From assembly GCA_964035545.1 (NCBI GenBank), contig OZ037768.1, forward strand, positions 1,302,001 through 1,366,000: DNA of 64,000 nucleotides. The letters run 5' to 3'. The notes under the pieces were generated by a model. That model worked only from the letters and a program-made list of their open reading frames with translations, had not been told where the DNA came from and did no database searches. Positions 39,216-50,718 of the stretch are shown here, piece after piece (positions within the stretch are counted from its first letter, which is position 1; each line of letters opens with the position of its first letter). The translations under genes were made by a program, and so were the position numbers. The DNA comes from Bugula neritina. Taxonomy: Eukaryota; Animalia; Bryozoa.

Positions 39216-39600
39216 TTGAGTTTACAACTTTGAATTTAATTCAAAAATTATACTTTATGTTATATGCAAGCCTAAATATAAAGTAGAACTAGACACCAGA
39301 AATTTTTATAGATTGTAATTGATAAATTGCATGTAAGTTCAAGATGACTACCAATATACCAGAAAAGCTTTGTTAACGAAGTCCAACTTTACGGCGACAT
39401 TCATATATAAAAAACTATGAGAAAACTAGTTTCAAATACAAAAATGGTGGTAATATATTAGAAATCAGTTGAAAATGTGTAATAATTAGCAGTGATTTAT
39501 GATTAAGAGAATTGGAAATCAACTCAAGTGAAATATTATAACATGGAATTGGCGTGAAAAACATGGTGGAAGAGACATTTCACAGTAGAATAATGTTCAA
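39216..39600. repeat. CAPZA 3' UTR segment duplicated at 31621-31923 (copy 2)
   Basis: Starts about 23 nt downstream of the CAPZA stop codon (39624-39626); same orientation as copy 1, with two extra internal blocks. Confidence 0.85.
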
Positions 39601-39623
39601 GACCTAAAGAGCAGAGAGTCCAT

Positions 39624-42600
39624 TTAATGCTTCAAATCTTGTCCAATTTTGTATCCAAGAATATTATTCCAATCAAGTTTACTCTTAGTAACAGGGAGTT
39701 GTCTTCTCAAAGCCTTGAACGTAGTGTCAGACATGGCTACGTAATTATCAGTGATTCCCATCTGTAACATGGCATTATATAATTAAGGTAGAACACCACT
39801 TTGAAACTCTTTTCATAACTTGTAATCCTTTCTAACTTAAGCTCAGATAAGTATCAGGCATATAGGAAATATATTAGCAGTCCTTGGAGTCGTCACCTAC
39901 CTGATATTCATTCTCTGCCCGCTTCATTACAGCCAATAGCTCCTTACACAACTGCTGCTCGTTCTGCACAGTTACAAGCATAATACAGTATAACTTACAT
40001 ACATACATACATCAATATATACTTAGATATATCAATACATACTTATATACATTAATACATACTTATATACAATAACTTACATGCATACATACATACATAC
40101 TTATAAGTTATATACATGTCAAGTGACACAGAATACCTTACAGCATGTATTACCATATAACTTATGATAGACTATACTGTACAACTTACAGTGAATGACA
40201 GAATATAACTTACAGTAAATGACAGAGGATACTTACATTAAATGACACGGTGTCTTTAATCTCCTTAGAGCTCACCAGCTGTACATTACCGTCCTCATAG
40301 TAGTGCACCTGAACCTTCAGTATCCCAGTGACCTCCACATTGCCGCCAGACTCGGGGAATGTCAGAGACCACTGAGATCGCCACTTGCCGTTCCTACAAC
40401 AGGAAGCAGTAGGAGATAAACCCAACATGCGCACTTCTAACATCGAACACCAAATTAGAGTTCTACATACTAACAAAATAGTAAAAGATACCTGTATTAT
40501 AGTTTATCATCTCTCAATTACTATTTCATATAGTTTATGGTCGCTTTTACCAATTCAGAGAAAACAGTGACTAATGATTAAACATAAAAATCAATATTGA
40601 GTGACAACTGCAGCGGAGCAAACAGGAAATGAGATTAGAGGAAAAGACAGGAAATGGGATGTCGGAAAGCTGCTATACTGACCAGAAGTTGTGTGGCTGA
40701 TATTGATGGCTCTCAATGCACACAATAAGAGTGACGTTCCCATTGGCACTGGTTCCGTAGACTGAGCTCACCCCAAACTTATAGTGGTCTTTGATATATG
40801 AATTTATTGTCTTCTCTAAGGCCGACCTCCATGGCTCTGAGATGGAGTCAGACTGGGCGGGCTGAATGTCAGACGCCTCCTTGCGCATGTGATCAAATCT
40901 ACACACAGGAGTATACACCATGTCGTCACACAGCATAGCATCCAACAACCAGAGTAATAACTTACTAACAATTCTCATTTATACATTTGAAAACTATTGC
41001 ACAACAGTTGACAATATTATTCAACAGAAACTCTGACAGAACAAAAAATATGTCAAGTAAACACAAGTAACTAATTTCTAATATAATTTGGTAATGATTT
41101 AGACAAACACATAACTTAATAAATCAGCTGAGCCAAATGATACAACGTTATGTACAATCATAAAATGTTATACATTATATTTAATTATATTATATAAAGC
41201 ATCGTATACATATTACAATGTGCATAACTATATATGTGACCAGTCGCGACAAAACCGGGATGTGGCGGCGTTTATAAAGTGTAGTAAATGAAGGTTTAAT
41301 TTGGAAATACTTAAATTTGAAATTAATTTCCAATTTTTAGATTTTATACTTTTCTAATACATAAAAATTCAAGGATTTCAAAAATCATATTTTCGTAAGC
41401 ATTTGATGATTCCTTCAGCTCTAAAATTGCATTTAAAGTTGGTAACTAAGGCTTTCAATTTTTTAAATGATGAAAAAATTGCGAAGTTATCAATTAAAGA
41501 AAGAAGACAGTTTTAGTCATTTTCATAGCGTGAGATCTTACAAATTCATTTTTTATCAAATAAATTTAGCTTACACCTCTTTCTTCGTATTGTCAGAAGT
41601 ATCATATTTAAAATCGAAGGCTAGTTTTAGTTTTTCATCGTGTTCCATCCTAAGTTAGCTTTCAAGTTACTGAGCTGTTTTGCCATTTGGTGATAAATGC
41701 TGAACTTAATCTTTATCTTTAGCGTTCAAGCTTGAAAACCACAACAATACAGGTAATTATACTCAAAGCAATAATTTACGCTACTAACTTAGAATTGTTG
41801 CCAGGATTATTTGTAGTTATCAATTTATTATTATTTATACCATCACTAGGAGTATGTCTTAGTCTATTTTTATTCTATACTACTACTACTGTACTAGTAA
41901 CTATTTAAATGACTCTCACTATGACTCACAGTTTGAGGTACGGTTACTCATAATGAATATTATTCATGATTTATTGATACTGGTATTTAGTAGTAAAACC
42001 AAATGTAGCACTAGCTCATTAATATTAATAGTATAACTACAGTATAAGTAATTAATAATTATAAATTCACTATTAGTATTAGTATTACTATTAGTATCAC
42101 TGTATTAGTATTTGAGTCTGACTCTGAGTTTCGCCTTTGCTCTTAAAACTTGATACTCATACTGATAGTATTATATTTATTGATATATTCTATAGTTAAT
42201 ATTTCAATTTACATTAGACTTACTCTTAGTCTTGGTAACTTTTAGCCTCTGTCTTAGATTTTGTCAATACAGTTACTGATTACTATTATTATTAGTATTA
42301 ACATTAGGCCTACTAGTACTAGTCAAACTACCAGTTCCTTTTGTGATTGTTAAATTAGCTCAAAGTTTGCTCTAAAATATAACGATAAAATCTTTATCAC
42401 ATTATGCACGCTTACAGTTAGTGTTACTGTCAAAACTCAATTGATAATCATATTTATATTGATGAAAGCATCACCTATAACCAAATTGAAATGATAAATG
42501 TGACTAAATGCAAATGAGTATAATGATGAAATATTAATGCGAATTCATGATGATTCTATAGTTGGCTGACTTAGTTTTTCAGTAAGTTACTTTTAGTCTT

Positions 42601-45600
42601 ATTTAGTGAGTAGTAACACTAACTGAATGCATAAATAGTCTAAACTTTTTAATTTTATTATAAGATGAGCAAAAATTTATTCATATTTTAAAGTAATTTA
42701 TTGAATTCAAATTGATTTTATAGTAAATGTCTTTAATAGATTCAGTTGCACTTAGCTAGCTTTTTTACTCAATTGAATGCCTGAGTGGTTAATAGTTATC
42801 TAAAGACATTGCTTCAAAATTGCCAATTGCAGATATGCTAGATATTCAAGTGCATAATGTGTAATTTTACTGATAATACTATGTTAATATGGAATAATCC
42901 GATATTCTGTACATTTTAGAAAGTGGACTTGTGAGGGCATTAGAGTGAAGACTTATACCTACACAACTTTACTACCTATCAATCTAATACTTCTAATGTA
43001 GACACTCCGAATTTTGGCTTGCAAGGTTATGGCTTCTGCTTATTTCATTCATAAAAAGGTTTGTAGTCTTTTAATGATGTGCTTGAAAATTATCAAGAAT
43101 CTTTTTAATTTAAATTGTTCTGTTTAATTCAATAAATTTAAACGTTGATGAAATGCAGGATTACAATTAACTGCTGCCATAATAGTATCACAAGAGTGTT
43201 TAACCAACTAATTTTTTATAATATAACTGGGTATAATTTCTAATCAAGCTACCGTTTCCTTTTGTTATTTAAAAAAGTCACCATTCTACTTTCAGCTCTA
43301 GAATAGACAATAAGTGGGTAGATTGGCAGGATGGATGTCAAGTAGCAGCATCTATAATTGCTAGAAAATCAGCTGATGATAGTGATGAAGCTTGTGCCAC
43401 ATACATGATGTTATGTGTCCATACTCCGTAAACTCATATTTTGAAGACCAAGGAAGTAGAAAGATGATAAGTGCCTTCTTTGCAAAAACCGTAGAAGCTC
43501 CCTAATTTTCTTTTCTTGATAAGAGTTAATTCAAGCATAATGGTTGTATCCAGGCTGGATTTTTTACTGCATTTAATTGGTTTTTCAAAATAATGTATTT
43601 GATGTTTTAAATGTGAATATTAATGCCTAAATAAAACTCAAAAGTTCTAATAGCTGATTTTATGTTTATATTTTCAACATCTCAGCCAAATCAATTGCTA
43701 AATTTAGTTGCCGTTAGAGATTATAAAGATATTTATGAATGAACCTCGCATGATCTCATAATGGTCAAATAATTTTCTCATAAGTGTTCTACTCATTAAG
43801 CAATAATTATGAAACAGCACAGCTCAATAGCTGCAGTTTGATATATTACACAATATATTAGAGGAAAGGGAGATATTCAATGTATAAGAGGAAGCAGCTG
43901 CCATTTTGTTTTATTTGACTTCCTGCTGACTTGGATGCCTAATTGAAATATCTCAACACACAAACTTGCTGAAACATCCTCTTCTTTGCTGGAATTGTTA
44001 AACCTTTCAACCATTAAACAAAGCAAAAAGCAAATTGACAAATAAATTAGACAAAAAGTTTGACGGCCATATTTGACCTAATTTTATGTTGAGGCAGCAG
44101 GAAATTTAGTTTAACAGAAAGCCCAAACTTTCACAATTATTTTGATACCAAATTTGTCACTATTTCTTTTATACAAAGACCCGTTGCTAAGGCTTGTAAA
44201 TTGTAAACAAATAATTCTCAACTTATTCTAGAGTTGCCAACTTTAAACGCGATTTTCTCGAAACAGTAATTTAGAAATTCTAAAAACGTTGAAGTTTTTA
44301 AATACTGATATCTCGAGTTCTATTTATGCTAGAGACTTCAAATAAAGTGCAAAATGTTCGAAAAAGTCTGCTCTATCACTCCATAGTAATAACTAGGTTT
44401 TCAACAATTTATATACATCCCTTGTTTTGTGGTGCCAGGTCACATATATATACATATGTAATGAAGCATGTACACATTGCAATATATAGCAAAGTCTATG
44501 CACTACAATGTTCAACTGGTACAATATAATATAGATATGCAATATATAATACGGTTTATACAATTTAAACTATAACTTAGTATATTATATAAGCATATTC
44601 ACACCTAAAAGAGCATTTAGACTGAGGATCAAAGAATCTCCCTTCCCCGAGGTTACCATGTTCAGTGATCAGACACTGGTTAGCGTGGCCCTCCAATCGG
44701 CAAGGTGTGAACTGATCTTTATTATATTGAGCAAACGCCCTGCAAAGAAACACTCAAAGCTGTTGATATGCCATTCTGTTAGACTAGAATAGACTTCAAG
44801 GTCACATGTTTACTAGACGTTGTAAAGAATTGATTAGAAACAAACTTGCTAGGTCATGGTTCACTGGTTATACTGTACTTCGAACTGTAATTATTACCAT
44901 CTAAAAGTTGCACAAAACTCCTAACCCTAACATATTGTGATTAGTGCAGCTTTGCAGACAACTCGGCAGTGGATATAATTTGCTATCAAACTTTATAATA
45001 TAATATTTGAAATTTTGATTTCATAATAAAATACAAGTTGACATTATTTATTAGCATTGTGTATGCAATATATAAAATATGACCTTTACATGACCTTTAC
45101 ATGACCCATGACCTTCACATGAACTGTACTTACCCTCTGGCACCTTCACGGAGCAAAGTATCATTGTTTAATAGTATTCTTGTATCTAAAATAAGTCAAT
45201 AAAATGAAGACGTGGTACTTGGTTGAATGAGCTATTAAACCCTTTCTGTTTAGGGCGTATATTACATAGAAACCAGCCACATATACAAAATACAATTCAA
45301 CAATATGGTCACAGAAAGCGGTTCCTTCTTAAAATCAAAAATATGTTGCTACCATAAAAGATAATTAGAAAAAGACTAAATTTGTCGTTCAACAAGTAAA
45401 TTACGCAGGCATTGTTTTTTATTTTTTGAAGTCAAAACTAGCAAACGAGGTGCAATTGAATAAAGTTATAAGATAGCCAATTTAAGAGTGCAGTATTGTT
45501 GCTATATGTTGAGAAACAATCATGGGATCTTATCGCTAATCACATTCATAACAATCACGTGACAATATACTAACTAATTGCTGTACTAGAATCGCTGTAT

Positions 45601-48596
45601 ACTTGTTTTACCCCTTCTCTTCCGTTCTCTGTTATACAAAACCATCGTCATGTTTTTAATTCAAATAAATATTTTATTACCAAATAATTAAATCAGTCAA
45701 TCAGTTTGCTCGATAAGTTAAATCAGCAATCAATATCCTATTTCACAATTAATACTTTACACAATGGCAACACATTCAACACTATATTTTTGTCAAATAA
45801 AATTTTGAATTACTTATTAGAGGTACCGCCTTAATAATCAAATGCCACTTTGTTTAATTTAACTCCTTTTGCAGCTGAGTTTTGCCATATAGCATAACAA
45901 GTTATTTATTTATATTATGAAGCCTTTTACAAAACTTGTATAACACAAACTGGTGTTTGAGACTCTATTAAAACTGCTATTTACTATAATTTATAAACTA
46001 TTTAATGTTAAGCACTTTTCTCATTGATACTGTGGTGAATTTTGGGTTGTCTATATTGTTATTTACCTGTCGTAGTTATAATCACACATTTTCAATGGCT
46101 ATGTAATTAACCCGCTATGGTTAGTAGTTAGTGGTTAGTAGTTAGTGGATAGTTATCATTCATAACCCTCTAATGTCACGTAGATAGTTTACTGATGTCA
46201 CGCCATCGGCAATGGAACACTGCCGGCAGCTATGACCACGGACTGTAGTGTAATGCGTATGCATGATCATTATAATAGGCTGCTAGAACTAGTAGTTAAT
46301 GTCCAGCTTGACTGATAGCCATTATTAGAGAGTACGTATGCTGTCTGTTAGCTACGTACGTACTAGGAATCACTATGCATGCCTAGCTTGACTGCATCAC
46401 CATTATTAGAGAGAACGTATGTTGTTCCATATTAGATACGCTATGGCCATTCACTTAGCCTAGGGCCACACGGTGCGTATTTTCGCATGCGAAAATTGAA
46501 ATCACAAGTAGCAAAGGTGTCCACTGTAGCGTCAGTGATGCGTGATAAAGCTTTCATTTTTAAATCGCACTTGCTTTCAATAAAACGCAATTTACTGGAA
46601 TGTAGCACTAAAATAAAGAAATGGGGCTCGCTGAATAACTATCAGCCAATTAGGTGACGACGACAGTGACGATTCGCACTTGCGTTGAGAATGCTGAGCG
46701 ACAAGTGCGAATGTTTTCTCAACGCGTACAGTGGACACCTTTGCTACTTGTGATTTCAATTTTCGCATGCGAAAATACGCACAGTGTGGCCCTAGGCTTA
46801 GCTGGACTCTCTCATCAATACATCAGTTAACTATATGATAACGTTCCTTTGTGCCGTATGGCACGCCGTGAAATGTGGCACTCCCCGCGGTCCACCGGAA
46901 CCCATGGACCAATCACCATCAAGCCAGCTGTGGCTGTAATGACTAATGCTTGTAGTCGTCTGGGCAAGTTTGGGGATTTTCCATCATCAAGCGACAGCTA
47001 CGCATCAGCTTGCCCGGATGAAGCTAGAACGTTCCGAGCTTCCGTTTAGATGAACATGTGGATGGACGATGATTGGCTGGCTGGCCCCGCAGTGTTATTC
47101 ATAAGCTTAGGCTTATTGGTCAGCCTGTAAATGGGCGTATCTCAGTATATAAGGAGGTGACCACGTCAGCCCAGCGAGTCGGAGGGTAGTTAGTTACTGT
47201 TGTGTTCTTAGATTGTGTACTGTTATTTTGCTATTTGTAATTATGCTTTTGTTTGGATAATAATAAAGGAAGTAGGTTTGGTCTGTACAATAGACCAACC
47301 TACTACGATTATGCCTACTCACGGAATACTCTAGTATCTTTCTTCCGAATAATAACATTAAATTAAGTGATTGCATTGGTTCTTCTCAATAACCCACAAA
47401 GTGGAATTTGCATACTCCGAAATTCCACAACAATACTACCAAAAAGATACAGATTATTAGGAGCAAAAAGAAAGTTATATAACAATAAATATAAGAATAA
47501 AGAGGAAATATGGTTATGCATATGCAGTTCTTACCATTGAACACTTCATTAAACTCTCCAGGAGGGGCATGGAGAATGAAACCAGAGGCTATGCGAACCT
47601 AAAGCAAAATGAATTACTTTATTATGCAGGCACAAATTTTTATTCAACATGGTCTCAATATTTCTGCTACCAACATTTTTGCTACTATTTAAAAACAACA
47701 TTGATGTTTAAAGTGTTAATGTTAATAACCAAATAAATAATGAACTGACATAGCATTCTACCATGAAACATAGGCATTATGACTATATTACATCTGATAG
47801 TAATACGACTTTAATTTCATAAAATTGACAGCTCTAAAAATTTATTTATTGTAAATTAATCTGTTTGAAATTTGTATAAAGAAAGCCACCATTCTTATAC
47901 TTATAGTTGCACTTGATTGGTTTCAATTTTTTCTAAAATTTTAGAGCCTTATCAAAAAAATGAGGCATCATGATCATGCTCAACTCATCAACTTTGAGAT
48001 AGTAGGTAGTTTAATTTTACGGTTATACTTATAATAATAATGAATATTTATATACCATCACTAATATCATTTAATGACTAAAACTATCATTATAATTATT
48101 GGTTATCACCATTATGATTTAGATTACTATGTTTATAAATATATAAATATTTATTATTTATAATATTAATAATGATAATCACAAAAATTAGACTCAGTCT
48201 CAAGCTCAACTCGGACTTCGATTTATAAACTACACTAAACTTAGGCAAACTTAAATATAAAAGCTATACTCACAGTCAAAAATAAACTAAGAACTGAGAT
48301 TCATATCTAAATTGTAGAACTGAAGTTTTAGTTTAACTTCAACTTCAAGTTAAACTTGAAGTTTAGTAAAACTAAATTGATTACGAAATCAAATTGAAAT
48401 TCAACCTAAGCCGTATAATGCAATTTAATAAACACTACAAGCACAGATATTGAACAACATTATGAAAGATGCTATAAAATATAGCTTAGCCAAAATATCA
48501 CAGTGCAATGGCTCTTTGATGAGCATAGTGTGGGTTAAATAAAAGAAGTTCCTGCTTTACCTTGTCGGCATCTGAAATTTCTTCAAACTCAGCCAT
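39624..48596 (-). CDS. CAPZA: F-actin capping protein subunit alpha, 286 aa
   Basis: Exons 48561-48596, 47535-47598, 45134-45185, 44605-44739, 40683-40898, 40237-40393, 39901-39963, 39624-39761 (861 nt). Motifs: [66 protein letters not shown]. Confidence 0.96.
41235..44444. mobile_element. Degenerate ~3.2-kb DNA transposon with imperfect TIRs, inserted in a (TA)n tract in CAPZA intron 4
   Basis: Left end TGTGACCAGTCGCGACAAAACCGGGATGT (41235); reverse complement of right end TGTGACCTGGCACCACAAAACAAGGGATGT (ends 44444); TATATA on both flanks. Accounts for most of this unusually long intron. No intact transposase ORF. Confidence 0.65.
46031..47432 (+). mobile_element. Solo LTR (4-bp TSD, Gypsy-like) in CAPZA intron 2, interrupted by a MITE
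   Basis: Begins TGTGGTGAATTT, ends GAAATTCCACAACA (TG...CA with short imperfect inverted ends); ATAC direct repeat at 46027-46030 and 47433-47436; internal ATTGG boxes, TATATAA at 47146 and AATAAA at 47262; GC-richer than the surrounding intron. Confidence 0.7.
46458..46797. mobile_element. 340-bp MITE, PIF/Harbinger-type
   Basis: 71-bp TIRs (46458-46528 and 46727-46797, one mismatch) starting GCCTAGGGCCACAC; TTA target-site duplication at 46455-46457 and 46798-46800; non-coding. Confidence 0.88.
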
Positions 48597-50718
48597 TTTA
48601 CTTCCTGTTGAGTAAATACTTCGGACAAATCCGACAGATGCGTCAATTGTCGTTTATGAAGGTTTACAATGACGGCTTGTTGTTTGTTGTGTAAATAAGT
48701 TCTTACGATAATCGTAGCAGACCACATTGCAGACCGTTAGCGTGTTACAGTTTCGACTGCTAGCCGATCAATTCATCGTTGCATTGCTTTACAAATGTCC
48801 AACCAAGCCTCAACTTTGTAGCTTCATTGCAAAATATTATAATGTTACACAGCCTTTTATTGTATAAAGTTGTGAGATGTGTAATTTTTATCATTCAGCT
48901 AAAGAAAAGAGTTCAAAAAGGAAAACGGCAGCTAGTATAAATAATACTTTGTTATAAACTATAGCTATAAATATTATTATATCAGAGTCAGACGCTCAAG
49001 GTCAAAGTCAATCTAAAACTAAAAGTAAAAGTGAAACTGGAAGTAAAACTCAAACTGAGAATCAAAGTGAAAGTGAAATTGCCAAGTGCCAATGGTCGTG
49101 AAATAACATGAATCTAGGAATAAAGTAAGTAGCAAATTAAATTTAATTGTTAGTTAAATCAAGTAAAACCCGAACAATAGACATAGACTTACACTTTCAT
49201 TTTGTTTAACTTTTAATTTAAAGCAATGTTAGAGTAAATTCGAAATAAATTTCATCATCATCATGCATTATGGTAGTACCAACTACCAGTAGTTAGTGTT
49301 ACTGTTAGTGCAGTACTAGTAGTTAGCTCTCAGCTCTGCATACAGTAATCATAGGGTTAGATGTTGATTACTGATGGTGATAGTGATAGTAACAGTAGAT
49401 GAGAAAAGGTGTAATACTAATACTAGCTCAAATAAATAATAGTAATTTTCTAGAAGTATGTACATTCAGTACGAGTATATATTATAAATTTAGTGCAGTA
49501 ATACTATGTTGATGCTAATAAGCACAGTAGTCATGGTGCGCTAATGGTAACTAATGATAACTATCACTATGAGTATGGTGATAACTTGTACATCAATTTA
49601 TACTAGTACAATGTAAGCAAAATAGTTATTTGTAAAACTTTTAGCGTAAGCTAGGTTCTATTTTTAGTAAAACTAGTAAAATAATTTTGATCTTTATAAA
49701 CAGGTATACCTAATTAATCTACTAAGTCTCATGAGGTTGTTGATGCGTTATAATTTGTGTAGAATAGATTGGGCAGTTTCTGGTGTCACTATTATTATAT
49801 ATAGAAAGAGCTGTTTCTTTGGATCGGCATACCTTAGATTACTAATTGTGAACTTATATAATTATTTGTTGAATGGCTTTTTCTATAACTTCTGAATTAA
49901 ACTAATGATATATTTTTCATAGTTTTTGCTTCAAATTTATGGTAATTTTTTTATTCCTCTTCTCTTCGGTTTCCTGGAAGCATATTCCACAATAAATGAG
50001 ACTGGCTTCTTGCGCTGCGAGTTAAAAAAGCTTGCAATGAAAACATGCCTGCATCATATCCATTACATATTTCACTATTTATTAATTGGAATACATAATG
50101 CAAACTTTGAGCACTCTTTATAATAGCAAAAAGCTTTTGCATAAAAACATGCATCAACAAAGTTAATGAGCAATGGTAAAAATTCAAATTAGCACATTGA
50201 GAATTGGTTATAAGCAACAGAAAAATAATATATCAAGCATATAACTTATGCATAAAAATCTGATAAATTGTTAGCAGTTTAATTATATAATATAAAGCAA
50301 CTATTGTAAGTTCTTTTACAATATTTTAAGCATAAAATGTTCAACTATAGTGGTTAGCATAAGTTTGTTGTTATTTGGTGAATTAATGCTTAGAAACTAA
50401 AAAAACTAAACTTTTAAGTTGAAATATTACAAAGGATCAAAACGATTTAAGTTATTGTTGTTTAGTTAGTTCACCTCAAAAACAATTTCTCAGAAAATAG
50501 TTGACACAAATAGATATGTTTGAGATACAAATAGCTATCCAATTACAAATATAAACATAATTTTAATGGCACGTGCGTTAAGTACTAATGGTTAAAATGA
50601 TTTGGCAATCAGTTAATAGTTTAAACTAAAGCAAATAATGCATCATATAAAAATTATGGCTTTACTCTAATGGAAGCAAGTGTTTTCTTAACGATATAAT
50701 ACTCAATCGATATAATAC

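Noticed and set aside
45230-45900. Possible piggyBac-like ends (TTAAACCCTTT at ~45235; TTAACTCCTTT at ~45859)
   Set aside because: No matching inverted partner or TTAA duplication could be identified.
46849-47049. 66-aa ORF within the LTR
   Set aside because: Short, non-ATG start, no recognisable gag/pol motif.
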